Source: Eubacteriales bacterium
GTDB taxonomy: Bacteria > Bacillota > Clostridia > Oscillospirales > CAG-272
Direction: 5' to 3'
Length of the DNA stretch: 38,370 bases
Assembly: GCA_045119135.1 (NCBI GenBank)
Contig: JBGVCY010000114.1
Location: 1 to 38,370 of the forward strand
The notes below the pieces were generated by a model. The model saw nothing but the letters and a program-made list of their open reading frames with translations. It made no database searches and had not been told where the DNA came from. Positions 1-9,175 of this stretch are shown here, piece by piece; the first letter of the stretch is position 1; each line of letters opens with the position of its first letter. The translations under genes and the position numbers were made by a program.

Positions 1-1742
1 TTCTTATCCTCAGCAGCAGCCTCGCCGGCTTCATCTGCGGGGATTTCACTTGCGTGCTCGGCGTACCAAGCAGCAGTAGCTGCGGCTTTCTTCTTCTTTA
101 CCAGAATGATAACCAGAACAACTGCGCCACCTGCAACAACAACTGCACCAACAATGATCAGAATGAGCGCCCAAATCGGCAGACCTTCTTTTTCATTGTT
201 CTTCTTCTTGTTAATACCCTGCATCGATTCCCACCAATACTGGTCAACGATGGTGCCGGGTCTTTCGGCTTCGGGATCATCCAGATCGTCGTCGGTCAGA
301 GCGGTTACACGGTCAGCCTTCAGTGCTGCGAAGGTGCCGCTCATCCAAGCCTTTTCGGTAGCGCCTTCAGCAATGGCAGTCAGCAGCTCGCCGGTGGTTG
401 CATCCTGGATGGCAAGGTTACGGGTTTCTTCATCCCAAGACTTTTCCCAGTCGGTGATGAGAGAGCAGGTATCGTCATCGCTTGCGTACTCTTCCATACG
501 GGCGGGGTCAACGTACTTCCACTGGTAGGAAGGCATCGAGCCGATCGAAGGAACCTCAACGGTGGACATAACAGCCATTTCAAGATAGCTGCATGCGATA
601 CCGATCTTTACGTAGTCATAGTTTGCATTGACATCGTACTCTGCATTCTCCTGCAGCTTGTATGCGTGATACAGCTCAGCCTTGCTTGCAGCAGGAACGT
701 AAATGGTAGCGGAGTCTTCCACCACACCGATGATCTCGCGGCTGCCGCCGGTACCCCAACCGAAGAAGGAGAAGATCTTCTGGTTGTGAACGTAGGGGTT
801 AGATGCGTTACCCTGAATAACGAAGTTCTCAGCAGAGGGGTCGAAATCTCTGTCGACCAGCGCGTAGATCTTCGAGCTGTTGGTAAAGCCAAGGTTCAAG
901 CTAGCGTCAATATGAGTAGCAACGATCAGCGTGCTTTCCAGCTGCTGGAACTCGGGGGTAAATACATACTCGGGATTCTGCTCGGTACCAATGTTAACGA
1001 ACGAGCCGTCGGAGTTGGTCTGATACTTCTGAATGCCCATCATTTCTGCGTAGTGATCGCGGAACTTGGGGAAGTTTGCTCTGCCATCCATAGGCTCGGC
1101 AAGCGATTCCTTCTCCCACTTCGATGCGTTTACGCAGTTATCGGACCAGAGCCAAACGATAGCAAATTCGCCGGGCTGAAGCCACATATCATTGTATACG
1201 GGGTTATCGATGGGAGCCTTGTCGTAACGGTTGGTGTTAGCCTGAGCCTGAGTCAGGCCGGTGTTGTACTTACCGTCAGTCAAGCTGCCGTTACCGTCGT
1301 AAATGTTGTTACCAAAATCGATATACACCTTGCCTTCGCCTTCTTTGGTGTTGGAGTCGCCATCACCCTTGAAGTTACCGTATTTATCCCACCAAGAGTT
1401 AGTGCCCTTATCATCAATACCGACAATAGCAACGTTGGAAAGGTTTACCGCCTGAGTGCCACGGTTGTAAATTTCGATATAGTTGTAGCAGTTGGTGGTA
1501 GGATCGGTTGCCGTTGCACCCGAGATCGAAGAGTCGATCAGAAGCTCGGTTACAATCAGGTCGCCGTTGGGGTTGTTCAGTTTGCTGCCAGTACTCATGT
1601 TCGGGGTAGTGCCATCGAACTTGGAAGCACCGATATTGATGCCTTCGGTGTAAACGCCGGTCTCGATAGCTGCCGATACAGGCAGAACTGCCAGAACCGC
1701 AAGCGTAGCGATCGCCAGAACAAGCGCCAGGATTTTACGCAT
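1..1742 (-). CDS. Secreted, C-terminally membrane-anchored lamin-tail-domain (LTD)-like surface protein; 3' end runs off the window
   Basis: Not in the ORF track because the stop lies outside the window. Translated by hand in parts: ATG at 1742 after AAGGAAGG; signal peptide MRKILALVLAIATLAVLAVLPVSA; LTD-like motifs LIVTELL...YIEIYNRGTQAVNL...LQPGEFAIVW; C-terminal TM GLPIWALILIIVGAVVVAGGAVVLVIILV followed by KKKK. Confidence 0.85.
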   Translation of the reverse strand, partial: MRKILALVLAIATLAVLAVLPVSAAIETGVYTEGINIGASKFDGTTPNMSTGSKLNNPNGDLIVTELLIDSSISGATATDPTTNCYNYIEIYNRGTQAVNLSNVAIVGIDDKGTNSWWDKYGNFKGDGDSNTKEGEGKVYIDFGNNIYDGNGSLTDGKYNTGLTQAQANTNRYDKAPIDNPVYNDMWLQPGEFAIVWLWSDNCVNASKWEKESLAEPMDGRANFPKFRDHYAEMMGIQKYQTNSDGSFVNIGTEQNPEYVFTPEFQQLESTLIVATHIDASLNLGFTNSSKIYALVDRDFDPSAENFVIQGNASNPYVHNQKIFSFFGWGTGGSREIIGVVEDSATIYVPAASKAELYHAYKLQENAEYDVNANYDYVKIGIACSYLEMAVMSTVEVPSIGSMPSYQWKYVDPARMEEYASDDDTCSLITDWEKSWDEETRNLAIQDATTGELLTAIAEGATEKAWMSGTFAALKADRVTALTDDDLDDPEAERPGTIVDQYWWESMQGINKKKNNEKEGLPIWALILIIVGAVVVAGGAVVLVIILVKKKKAAATAAWYAEHASEIPADEAGEAAAEDK

Positions 1743-1778
1743 GGTAAAGTACCTTCCTTTTTTCGTAGTTGTGCTTTT

Positions 1779-1807
1779 ATTATAATATAGTTTCCGCCGT
1801 TTGTCAA
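1779..1807 (-). promoter_or_regulatory. sigma-A promoter of the LTD gene
   Basis: Perfect TTGACA-N17-TATAAT on the minus strand. Confidence 0.85.
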
Positions 1808-1938
1808 TAAGTTTTTTGAGATTGCGCCCTTCTTTTTGTGTAAATTATGCAAAAGCGGCAGGCACTTCCTGCTTTCTTTACTTTTTCGAAACATTTTGGC
1901 AAAAAAATTTCCATTTATCCAAACCAACCATGTGGGGC

Positions 1939-2949
1939 TTAACTCTCCAGCTCGCTTTTGATGTCGCGTTGCATCAGAGCACGCATCGCATCTGCGGGCG
2001 CCCTGCCCTTGTGAAGGATCTCGTACACCGCACGGGTGATCGGCATTTCCACGCCGTACACATCGGAAAGCTCGATCGCCGCTTCCAGCGCGTGGTATCC
2101 CTCGACCACCATACCGATTTCCTGCTGTGCTTCTTGGTAGCTTTTGCCTTGCCCGATCAGCTCGCCGCAGCGGTTATTGCGGCTGTGCACCGAGGTACAG
2201 GTAACAATCAGATCGCCGATGCCTGCAAGCCCCATAAAGGTGCGACGGTGGCATCCCATTGCCAACCCCACGCGGGTCATTTCCGAAATGCCGCGCGTCA
2301 TCAGCATTGCCTGTGCATTGTCGCCCATCCCCATACCGCGATTGATGCCAGCGGCAATGGCGATGATGTTTTTCAGTGCACCGCAAAGCTCAACGCCCCG
2401 CACATCGGTATTGGTATATACGCGCATACAGGAATTGAAAAACACCTTGGCAACCTGCATAGCGATCGTCTCGTCCTCACACGCTGAAACAATCGAAGTG
2501 GGCAATCCCCGCGCCACCTCTTCGGCGTGTGTGGGGCCCGATAGTGCAACATACGAAAAGCGTGCCGTGGGCCGTGCGACAGACAGCACGTCGTGCATCA
2601 CCTCGGTCATCGTCATGCGCGTGCCGCGCTCAATGCCCTTTGAGGCACACGCAACCACGCACCCGTCAGCAAGGAAGGGCGCACATTTTTCGGCAGTGGC
2701 GCGAACGGTGGCAGAGGGCACGACAAAAAGCACCAGCTCCCGCCCGCTGACCGCCTTACCGATATCAGCGGTATACACGATTTCGGCAGGCAACAGAACA
2801 TCCTGCAAATGCGGATGGATGTGCGTACGGCTAAGGGCTTCCGCCCCCTCGGCACGGTGCGACCACACCGTAACGGTGTGCCCGTTTTTAGAAAGCAATG
2901 CGGCAAGCGCCACGCCCCAGGTTCCTGCGCCCAAAATTCCAATATTCAT
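1939..2949 (-). CDS. gpsA: NAD(P)H-dependent glycerol-3-phosphate dehydrogenase
   Basis: GAGTWG Rossmann motif, SKGIE, SGPTHAEEV, GALKNIIAIAAG, GDLIVTCTSVHSRN. Confidence 0.97.
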   Translation of the reverse strand: MNIGILGAGTWGVALAALLSKNGHTVTVWSHRAEGAEALSRTHIHPHLQDVLLPAEIVYTADIGKAVSGRELVLFVVPSATVRATAEKCAPFLADGCVVACASKGIERGTRMTMTEVMHDVLSVARPTARFSYVALSGPTHAEEVARGLPTSIVSACEDETIAMQVAKVFFNSCMRVYTNTDVRGVELCGALKNIIAIAAGINRGMGMGDNAQAMLMTRGISEMTRVGLAMGCHRRTFMGLAGIGDLIVTCTSVHSRNNRCGELIGQGKSYQEAQQEIGMVVEGYHALEAAIELSDVYGVEMPITRAVYEILHKGRAPADAMRALMQRDIKSELES

Positions 2950-2979
2950 AGCGGCTCCTTTGATTCGTTCTTTACTGAT

Positions 2980-3008
2980 AGTTTACCACAAAATGCCGTT
3001 TTTAGCAA
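2980..3008 (-). promoter_or_regulatory. sigma-A promoter of gpsA
   Basis: TTGCTA-N17-TAAACT with extended -10 TG. Confidence 0.55.
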
Positions 3009-3059
3009 GAAGCCGAGTAATATTTGCCGCATCCCAACCGTAGTGTGATCAAAGCAAAC

Positions 3060-3083
3060 GCCCCGCGGCAGATGCCGCGGGGC
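3060..3083 (-). terminator. Hairpin terminator after the SPOCS/LysM gene
   Basis: GCCCCGCGGCA-GA-TGCCGCGGGGC inverted repeat, followed by GTTTGCTTT on the minus strand. Confidence 0.7.
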
Positions 3084-3088
3084 TTGGT

Positions 3089-4615
3089 TTACGGTATCAA
3101 AAGATAGGTAACGCCCGCAAGCGAGGCTTCGCCGTTCGGATCCTCGGCGGAAAGCCCGTTTGCCGCGGCAAGATCATCGGGCGAAATTCCATACCGTTTG
3201 CCCACTTTCCAAAGCGTTTCGTCCGATGCGGGATAGCAAATCTCAACATCGGCACGTGCCAGAGGCTGGGCATCTGAAAACTCCGCCTCGCAGAGCACGC
3301 GGGCGCTGTGGCGGCAGACACCGCGCACCGACAGCTGCACCTCGGCATCCACACGCCACGCATCACGCACGGGTGTGACACGCACGATGGGCACATTGAC
3401 TGACAGCAGCATATCGTCGCCGCATCCCTCGATGACGGTGCGCCACGGCAGCAGGAATTCTCCAACGCCGTATTCCCCCGCGTGGCAATACAGCACGCGG
3501 CAGGTCATTTCGCCCGACAGCGTAACACGCCCGTCGGCGGTGCTTTTCTCCTTCACATCGGCATCTGCCACAGCAAGCACCGCCACCGCCTCGGCGGGGA
3601 TGCCGCGTTCGGCAGGTGACACCTCGCCCGAAATACTAAAGTTGCGGTTACAGCAGACACCCGCACGCCAGAAACGCTCCTCACTATACCCGAGCGCCGC
3701 GCTCTTGCCCGGCAGGAAAAGATCGTTGCAAAGCGCAAAGCATTCGGTGGTCTGTGCTTCGGCAGAAAGCCCCACACGCACATCAAGCAAGGTCTTTCCC
3801 TCTTCCACGCCTGCGTGGATCTCGCTGACCGCACCGCTGACGCGCCCGCGGCAATCGGGGCTTGCGCCATCCAGCGCGATCTCCTTTTCAAAGGGGATGC
3901 GGCGCACCACGGTATCAGGAACAGCACCCTCGCCCTCCTTGCAATACAGCAGAGTGATCACCGCCTCGCCGCGGCAGCGTACGGCATCGCCCACAGTGCT
4001 GACCTCGGGCAAAAACACCTCGCCGTGTGTTGCCACAAGGCGCAGATCGTCCCCTTCGTGCTCTACCACTTCAGAAAGCTCGACGGTGTCACTACCACCC
4101 GTCAGCACACGCCCGTTCTCAAGCGGCTCGCACAACCGAAGGATGCGGTCGCTGTCTTTTCCCTCTCCCTTCAGGCGCACGCCTGCCTCTTTTTCGGCGT
4201 AGCCGCACACACGGGCGTGCATACGGCAACGCACCGACAGCTTGCGCGGTCCTGTAACACGGCTGATCACCGCATCGGCAATCGGCTCTGCCGAAAGCTC
4301 GATTCCACCCGTGGCATCAAAGCCGTTTGGCAATTCCAGCGGAACGGAAAAGGCATAGCCGCCATCCTCGGTGGCGCTGTAAAGCGCACCGTCGGGACCT
4401 GTGTATAACATATCGTAGCGGCACGCGCCCGAAAAGTCGGCTTTTCCGCCACCGACAAAGCGCTGGGGCGGCAAAAAGGTGGGGCGCACCCATAAAAGAC
4501 GGCTGATCTCACTGCGGTAATCGGGCAGAGTGATCTCGACAGTTGTCTCAAGCGGTATACTGCGATCCAGAAACTCCATCTGCATCCGTCCGTTTTGTTC
4601 CTCGTTTCTCTCCAT
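3089..4615 (-). CDS. SPOCS (DUF3794) + LysM spore coat morphogenetic protein, SipL/SpoVID-like
   Basis: N-terminal LPDYRSEISRLL, repeated beta-rich modules, C-terminal LysM ETLWKVGKRYGISPDDLAAANGL...YLLIP; AAGGAG RBS; sigma-E-like promoter upstream. Confidence 0.85.
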   Translation of the reverse strand: MERNEEQNGRMQMEFLDRSIPLETTVEITLPDYRSEISRLLWVRPTFLPPQRFVGGGKADFSGACRYDMLYTGPDGALYSATEDGGYAFSVPLELPNGFDATGGIELSAEPIADAVISRVTGPRKLSVRCRMHARVCGYAEKEAGVRLKGEGKDSDRILRLCEPLENGRVLTGGSDTVELSEVVEHEGDDLRLVATHGEVFLPEVSTVGDAVRCRGEAVITLLYCKEGEGAVPDTVVRRIPFEKEIALDGASPDCRGRVSGAVSEIHAGVEEGKTLLDVRVGLSAEAQTTECFALCNDLFLPGKSAALGYSEERFWRAGVCCNRNFSISGEVSPAERGIPAEAVAVLAVADADVKEKSTADGRVTLSGEMTCRVLYCHAGEYGVGEFLLPWRTVIEGCGDDMLLSVNVPIVRVTPVRDAWRVDAEVQLSVRGVCRHSARVLCEAEFSDAQPLARADVEICYPASDETLWKVGKRYGISPDDLAAANGLSAEDPNGEASLAGVTYLLIP

Positions 4616-4644
4616 AAGCCCTCTCCTTTTTTCAAATTCGATAC

Positions 4645-4673
4645 ACTATATGCGAGACGCCGCGGGAATATGA
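4645..4673 (-). promoter_or_regulatory. sigma-E-type mother-cell promoter
   Basis: TCATATT-N14-CATATAGT, matching the Bacillus/Clostridium SigE consensus, 30 nt upstream of a coat gene. Confidence 0.7.
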
Positions 4674-4685
4674 AAGAACCGAGCG

Positions 4686-5915
4686 TTATGCCCGGTTCCT
4701 TTTCCAGATATATAGATAGACCCAAATCGCCGCCAGCGGGAACAGCATACCCACCAGCATACCCAGCTTCATGCCAAGCTGCTCGGGGGAAAGCGCCAGA
4801 TCGGCGGCAAGCGACACAAGGCGAGGAGAGAGCATCGTGGCATCGGTCACAAGTCCCACCAGCTGAGGTCCTACCGAGGCGCCGAGGTCGCCGCCTGCCG
4901 CCATCAGAGCGTAAATAAAGACACCGCCTGTTGGATAGCGATCGGATGCCACGATCAGGCTGCCGGGCCAGAGCATCGACACGCAGAAGCCTGTCAGCGC
5001 GCAGGCGAAAAGCCCCACCACGGGAAAGGGTGAGAGCGCCGCCGTGAGATAGCACAGTACCGCACCGATGGCGCCGAACGTCAGCACGCGCGCCACGTTC
5101 TTGCCGATCTTGGCGTAAAGCGAGCGACCAAGACCCATCATCACCGCAAACAGCGCCACACCAAAGATATCGCCCCACACCTTGGGGATGCCAAGCGCGC
5201 GCTCGAGATACCCCGAGCTCCATTGCGCCATGGTGCATTCGGCGGCACCGCCAAGAAAGATTGCCACCACGCACAACCACACACCGCCCTTTTTGAGAAA
5301 CTGCAGGGCACCCGAGGTGCGTTCGGGAGTTTTCATCGGCGGAATGTCGGCGCCGAAGAACAGGGCCGCGGCGCACAGTGGGATCAGCAAAAAGAGCAGC
5401 GCCAGCCACTGCCAATTCTCGTGACGGAAGAAAAGCAAAAACAGCGTGCTGATGATGATCACGCCCACCACGCCCCACGCATAGATCGAATGCAGCTTGC
5501 TCATCTCACGCTCGGGATTCTCGGCAGGGATCGCCGCAACCACGGGGCTGATCAGCACCTCGCAAAGTCCGCCCGATGCCGAAAAGATAACTGTGCCGAG
5601 CAACAGCCCTGCGTACACTGCGTTCGGAAAGAGCCACGGCGAGAGGGCATAGACAAGAAGTCCCGCCACGGTCAGCACGGGCGTGATCTTAACGGTTTTG
5701 GCAATATTAAATTTGTGTGAAAAGAAAGAAAAGACCAAGTCGATACCAAGCTGTGTGACAAAATTAACCAGCACCAAAAGTCCCAGCAGCGAATACGAGA
5801 TACCGTAAAGCGAGCGAAAGGTGACGAACAGCACGGGCGAGAGATTGCCCACTGCCGACATTGAGATATTGGTGACATAGCAAGCCAGCTTGACACGGCG
5901 ATACTTGTGTTCCAT
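4686..5915 (-). CDS. MFS transporter
   Basis: About 12 hydrophobic segments; start moved to ATG 5915 (MEHKYRRVK) after a GGAG RBS. Confidence 0.88.
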   Translation of the reverse strand: MEHKYRRVKLACYVTNISMSAVGNLSPVLFVTFRSLYGISYSLLGLLVLVNFVTQLGIDLVFSFFSHKFNIAKTVKITPVLTVAGLLVYALSPWLFPNAVYAGLLLGTVIFSASGGLCEVLISPVVAAIPAENPEREMSKLHSIYAWGVVGVIIISTLFLLFFRHENWQWLALLFLLIPLCAAALFFGADIPPMKTPERTSGALQFLKKGGVWLCVVAIFLGGAAECTMAQWSSGYLERALGIPKVWGDIFGVALFAVMMGLGRSLYAKIGKNVARVLTFGAIGAVLCYLTAALSPFPVVGLFACALTGFCVSMLWPGSLIVASDRYPTGGVFIYALMAAGGDLGASVGPQLVGLVTDATMLSPRLVSLAADLALSPEQLGMKLGMLVGMLFPLAAIWVYLYIWKRNRA

Positions 5916-5947
5916 AACAAAACTCCACAGGCAAAAGTGATAAGGAG

Positions 5948-5976
5948 ATTGTAGCACAGTTCCCTTGGGAAAGCAA
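5948..5976 (-). promoter_or_regulatory. sigma-A promoter of the MFS gene
   Basis: TTGCTT-N17-TACAAT with extended TG. Confidence 0.65.
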
Positions 5977-5984
5977 GAGAAAAT

Positions 5985-6007
5985 AAAAAAAGAGCGCAAA
6001 GCGCTCT
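5985..6007 (-). terminator. Second hairpin terminator downstream of the tRNA
   Basis: AGAGCGC-TTT-GCGCTCT followed by a T run on the minus strand. Confidence 0.6.
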
Positions 6008-6050
6008 CCTATTTTGTGGCAGGAACTTGACCCGCGCGGGGGACACAGAA

Positions 6051-6086
6051 CCAAAAAGGGCAGTCCGTTTGGACTGCCCTTTTTGG
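6051..6086 (-). terminator. Intrinsic terminator of tRNA-Leu
   Basis: CCAAAAAGGGCAGTCC-GTTT-GGACTGCCCTTTTTGG perfect inverted repeat overlapping the tRNA CCA end. Confidence 0.85.
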
Positions 6087-6168
6087 TGCGGGTGACAGGA
6101 CTTGAACCTGCACACCGATTGGCGTAAGATCCTAAATCTTATGCGTCTGCCAATTCCGCCACACCCGC
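6084..6168 (-). tRNA. tRNA-Leu (anticodon TAG)
   Basis: GCGGGTG acceptor stem, D-arm TGGCGGAATTGGCAGACGC, anticodon arm TAAGA-TTTAGGA-TCTTA, long variable arm, GGTTCAAGTCC T-arm, encoded CCA; 85 nt. Confidence 0.97.
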
Positions 6169-6180
6169 ATAACAGCATCT

Positions 6181-6209
6181 ATCTTATCACACGAAAGCGC
6201 TTTTGTCAA
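6181..6209 (-). promoter_or_regulatory. sigma-A promoter of tRNA-Leu
   Basis: TTGACA-N17-TAAGAT with extended TG. Confidence 0.8.
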
Positions 6210-6212
6210 GTA

Positions 6213-7502
6213 TCAAAGCATCATCGCAAGCCCCAAAAGTGCAGCAAGCAAGGCGGGTACGGAAAGGACGACACCGTACAGAATGAAGCGCCCAAAGGAA
6301 AGCGATACGCCGTGTTGGCGCAGAAGTGTCATAAACATAATGCCCGCAAGTGCACCCATCGGGGTGAAAAATGCGCCCACGTTTGAACCGATCACTGCCG
6401 CATAAAGGGCAGGCAGATGCTCGATGCTGACCACCGTGGAAAACAGCACGCTCATCGGGATATTGTTCATCAGGTTGGCGAACAGGAAGGATGCAATACC
6501 GCACCGCCAGATCTCGCCCCCGCCCAGCACAAGGCGTGCCAGCGCATCGGTCGCACCTACTGCCCCCAGCGCAAAAACCATCACAAACATTGAGATGACA
6601 AAAGGGATCACGTCAAAGGGAGCGCGAGCAAGACTTCTTTTCACCACGCCAAGACCGCGATGGCGCATCAAAAGCTCGGGGATAGCAAAGGCATACAGGG
6701 CAATACAGGCAACAAACGCCACCAGCCACATCGAAATATCCAGATACGAGGAAAGCACCAGCACCATAATACATCCGCCAAGTGCCGCCACGCCAAGCAT
6801 TACGGTGGGCTTATCGGAAAGATGCTCACTCGCCTCTTCCCCTTCGATCGGTGCGGAGAGCTTGCGCGCAAACAACAACCAGAGCATCAGCAGCGAGATG
6901 CTGCCCGACAGAATGGTAGGAAACGCCATCATGCCGAAGTAAGATGCGAAGCTGATACCGTTGCCCGCCGCCAGATAAATATTGGTGGGGTTGCCGATGA
7001 TCAATGCCATGCTCCAGGTGTTTGCCGCCACAAATTCGGCGATCAGATACGGGATGGGGTCAATTTTGGCGTGCTTGCTGAAATAGCAGATAAAGGGGGT
7101 AAAGGTCAGTATCACGATATCGTTTGAGGTAAAGACCGTTAGTACCGATACCACAAGATACAAGAGCAAAAACAGCTTTTTCTGGCTGTGACCCGCGCGG
7201 CGCATCACCGCCGATGCCAGATAGCGGAAAAATCCCGCTTCGTCAAGAAAGACCGACAGCAGTGTCATTGACAGAAACAGCACCAGAATCTTAATGGGGT
7301 TGACGGCGCTGTCTGCCAAAAGTCCCGCGCCGACCTCGGCAAACGAGATCGCATTGCCGCAAAGCAGGATCAGCGCCCCCGCAAGGGGTGCCACCCAATA
7401 GATGCGCACCGACAGGTGCTTGGGGTGCAGTAGCGGCTCGAACAGCGCAAGCAACGCCGTGGCAATAACCGTTATGAACGAAATGGAAATGACTGCTATC
7501 AT
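6213..7502 (-). CDS. ArsB/NhaD/SLC13-family (IT superfamily) permease
   Basis: Polytopic protein; FLDEAGFF, TSNDIVILTFTP, AANTWSMALIIGNPTNI, NLMNNIP, GSNVGAFFTPMGALAG. Confidence 0.85.
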   Translation of the reverse strand: MIAVISISFITVIATALLALFEPLLHPKHLSVRIYWVAPLAGALILLCGNAISFAEVGAGLLADSAVNPIKILVLFLSMTLLSVFLDEAGFFRYLASAVMRRAGHSQKKLFLLLYLVVSVLTVFTSNDIVILTFTPFICYFSKHAKIDPIPYLIAEFVAANTWSMALIIGNPTNIYLAAGNGISFASYFGMMAFPTILSGSISLLMLWLLFARKLSAPIEGEEASEHLSDKPTVMLGVAALGGCIMVLVLSSYLDISMWLVAFVACIALYAFAIPELLMRHRGLGVVKRSLARAPFDVIPFVISMFVMVFALGAVGATDALARLVLGGGEIWRCGIASFLFANLMNNIPMSVLFSTVVSIEHLPALYAAVIGSNVGAFFTPMGALAGIMFMTLLRQHGVSLSFGRFILYGVVLSVPALLAALLGLAMML

Positions 7503-7534
7503 GGCGCGCTCCTTCTCTTTTCTTCAACTCTCAC

Positions 7535-7563
7535 AATATAGCACATCCCGTCCTGAAATGCAA
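7535..7563 (-). promoter_or_regulatory. sigma-A promoter of the permease
   Basis: TTGCAT-N17-TATATT with extended TG. Confidence 0.6.
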
Positions 7564-7595
7564 GACCGTTTTGACATTTTTTGATATTTTTCCAC

Positions 7596-8165
7596 CTACC
7601 GCATGGGAAGCGCTATGCCGTTGATCAGATCCTCAAAGCAGGGAGTCTCTTCAACCTCGAAGCGAACGCCATCGATGTGCAAAAAACGCGCAGACGTTGC
7701 ACCCGTATAAGCGGAAAGCGGACGGTCGAAGGCATCGTTTGAATGTGCCGCCACCAAAATCTCGCCACCGCGGATCGAGCTGATCAGCAGCGTGTGATAA
7801 AAGTCGCCTGTACTGTTTGCCAGCTGTACCACGTCGCCCGCCACCACCTCGTTGGCGCCGACTTCTCTGCCAAAGGGACCCACGCCACCGTTTGCCGCGC
7901 GGAAGGCGGGCGCACCCGTAAAGAAATCCCAAAAATATTCCACCCCCGTAAAGGCAGGGGCGCGATCCTCGGCAGAAATGTAATACCATCCAAAGTCAGG
8001 CGTATAGTTCATCACACAGCTACCCGCCAAGATGGATTGCGACACAAAGCTGGTGCAATCGCCGCCGATTCCCGTAAAGTTATAAAACAGTGGATTGCGC
8101 CGAAACGCCCAGCGCTCGGCATACTCCAGCGCGCGCTCGCGCACGTAGGGCATCACTGCCAGCAT
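7596..8165 (-). CDS. Amidase_6 (putative amidase) domain protein
   Basis: YVRERALEYAERWA..RNP.FYNF...GGDCTSFVSQ, GDVVQL, YHTLLI, VAAHS; GAGGTG RBS. Confidence 0.85.
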   Translation of the reverse strand: MLAVMPYVRERALEYAERWAFRRNPLFYNFTGIGGDCTSFVSQSILAGSCVMNYTPDFGWYYISAEDRAPAFTGVEYFWDFFTGAPAFRAANGGVGPFGREVGANEVVAGDVVQLANSTGDFYHTLLISSIRGGEILVAAHSNDAFDRPLSAYTGATSARFLHIDGVRFEVEETPCFEDLINGIALPMR

Positions 8166-8198
8166 ATCATCACCTCGATCGTATCAAAAGTTATGCCA

Positions 8199-9092
8199 TC
8201 AGCATTTGCGTGCGGCGGCAAGGGCTGCAATGCGCTCACAAAGAATCGGAAAAGGGATTCCTGCAACCTCTGCCGCAAGGGGCAACAGGCTGGTGGGGGT
8301 GAGCCCGGGCAGGCTGTTCGCCTCTAAAAATCGAGGCATCCCTGCGGCATTTTCGCGAAAATCGATCCGCGCATAATCACGCAAGCCAAGCGCCACAAAC
8401 GCGGCACGTGCCAACGTTTTCAAGTATTCGGATGCAAGGGGAGAGAGCAGCGCGGGGCAGATCTCCTCGGTCGCGCCCGGTGTATACTTGTGGTGGTAAT
8501 CATACACCCCGTTACGGGGTCTGATTTCAACGGGCGGCAATGCTTTTCCCTCAAGTATACTGACACTGTATTCCCTACCCGACAGAAACTCCTCGCAAAG
8601 CAGCTCTTCCTCGGCACAAAGCTCTGCAATTTCTGCCGCGGATGAAAGGATCTTCAACCCCACGCTGGAGCCGCCCGCAATCGGCTTAAGTACCACGGGC
8701 AACCCGATATCCTTCGGTAACCGATCGCCCCGTCCGATCCGTTTTCCTCTCGCCACGGGAATGCCGAACTCCGCAACGCGCGCTTTTGCCGCATCCTTTC
8801 GCATTGCCAAAGCCGAGGCATCGGGTCCCGATCCGCTATAATGATGGATCCCTTCTTTTGCCAGCGCGCGCTGGAATCTGCCATCCTCGCCTGCACCGCC
8901 GTGAAGAGCGAGAAAAACCGCATCCGAATCCCGCAAAACCCTGCACATTTCGGGGGATAATACCATTTTACACAGATCAAAGCCATTCACCGTGTGCCCG
9001 CGCTCGCGCAACGCGTCGCACACCCGTTCACCCGACGAGAGTGAAACCGTCCGTTCTGCACTATCCCCACCGTAAAGCACCGAAATTTTCAT
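8199..9092 (-). CDS. ddl: D-alanine--D-alanine ligase
   Basis: GGDSAERTVSL, LHGGAGEDG, GGSSVG, EEFLSGRE, YDYHHKY, EANSLPG; GGAGG RBS. Confidence 0.93.
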   Translation of the reverse strand: MKISVLYGGDSAERTVSLSSGERVCDALRERGHTVNGFDLCKMVLSPEMCRVLRDSDAVFLALHGGAGEDGRFQRALAKEGIHHYSGSGPDASALAMRKDAAKARVAEFGIPVARGKRIGRGDRLPKDIGLPVVLKPIAGGSSVGLKILSSAAEIAELCAEEELLCEEFLSGREYSVSILEGKALPPVEIRPRNGVYDYHHKYTPGATEEICPALLSPLASEYLKTLARAAFVALGLRDYARIDFRENAAGMPRFLEANSLPGLTPTSLLPLAAEVAGIPFPILCERIAALAAARKC

Positions 9093-9111
9093 ATCGCACC
9101 TCCCTTTTTCA

Positions 9112-9139
9112 AGGGTATGAGCAACGCATAAAAAGCGTG
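9112..9139 (-). promoter_or_regulatory. sigma-K-type promoter of ddl
   Basis: CACG-N16-CATACCCT; same architecture as at 34272-34299. Confidence 0.55.
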
Positions 9140-9141
9140 AG

Positions 9142-9167
9142 GCCCTTTGCGCAGTCGCGCAAAGGGC
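9142..9167 (-). terminator. Hairpin after prmC
   Basis: GCCCTTTGCGC-AGTC-GCGCAAAGGGC inverted repeat; the T run is displaced by a few nt. Confidence 0.55.
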
Positions 9168-9175
9168 TTCAAAAA

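Noticed and set aside
54-1790. 578-aa plus-strand ORF
   Set aside because: Antisense shadow of the real minus-strand gene, which has the RBS, promoter, signal peptide and domain motifs.
1939-2949. gpsA separated from der/spoIVA (and proA without proB)
   Set aside because: Operon shuffling is common in Clostridia; the partner genes are probably elsewhere in the genome.
6213-7502. Arsenic resistance operon
   Set aside because: No arsR or arsC adjacent; the substrate cannot be inferred from the family alone.
8199-9092. Possible Van-type D-Ala-D-Lac ligase
   Set aside because: The omega loop YDYHHKY keeps the D-Ala-D-Ala-type tyrosine, and there are no vanH/vanX/vanRS neighbours.
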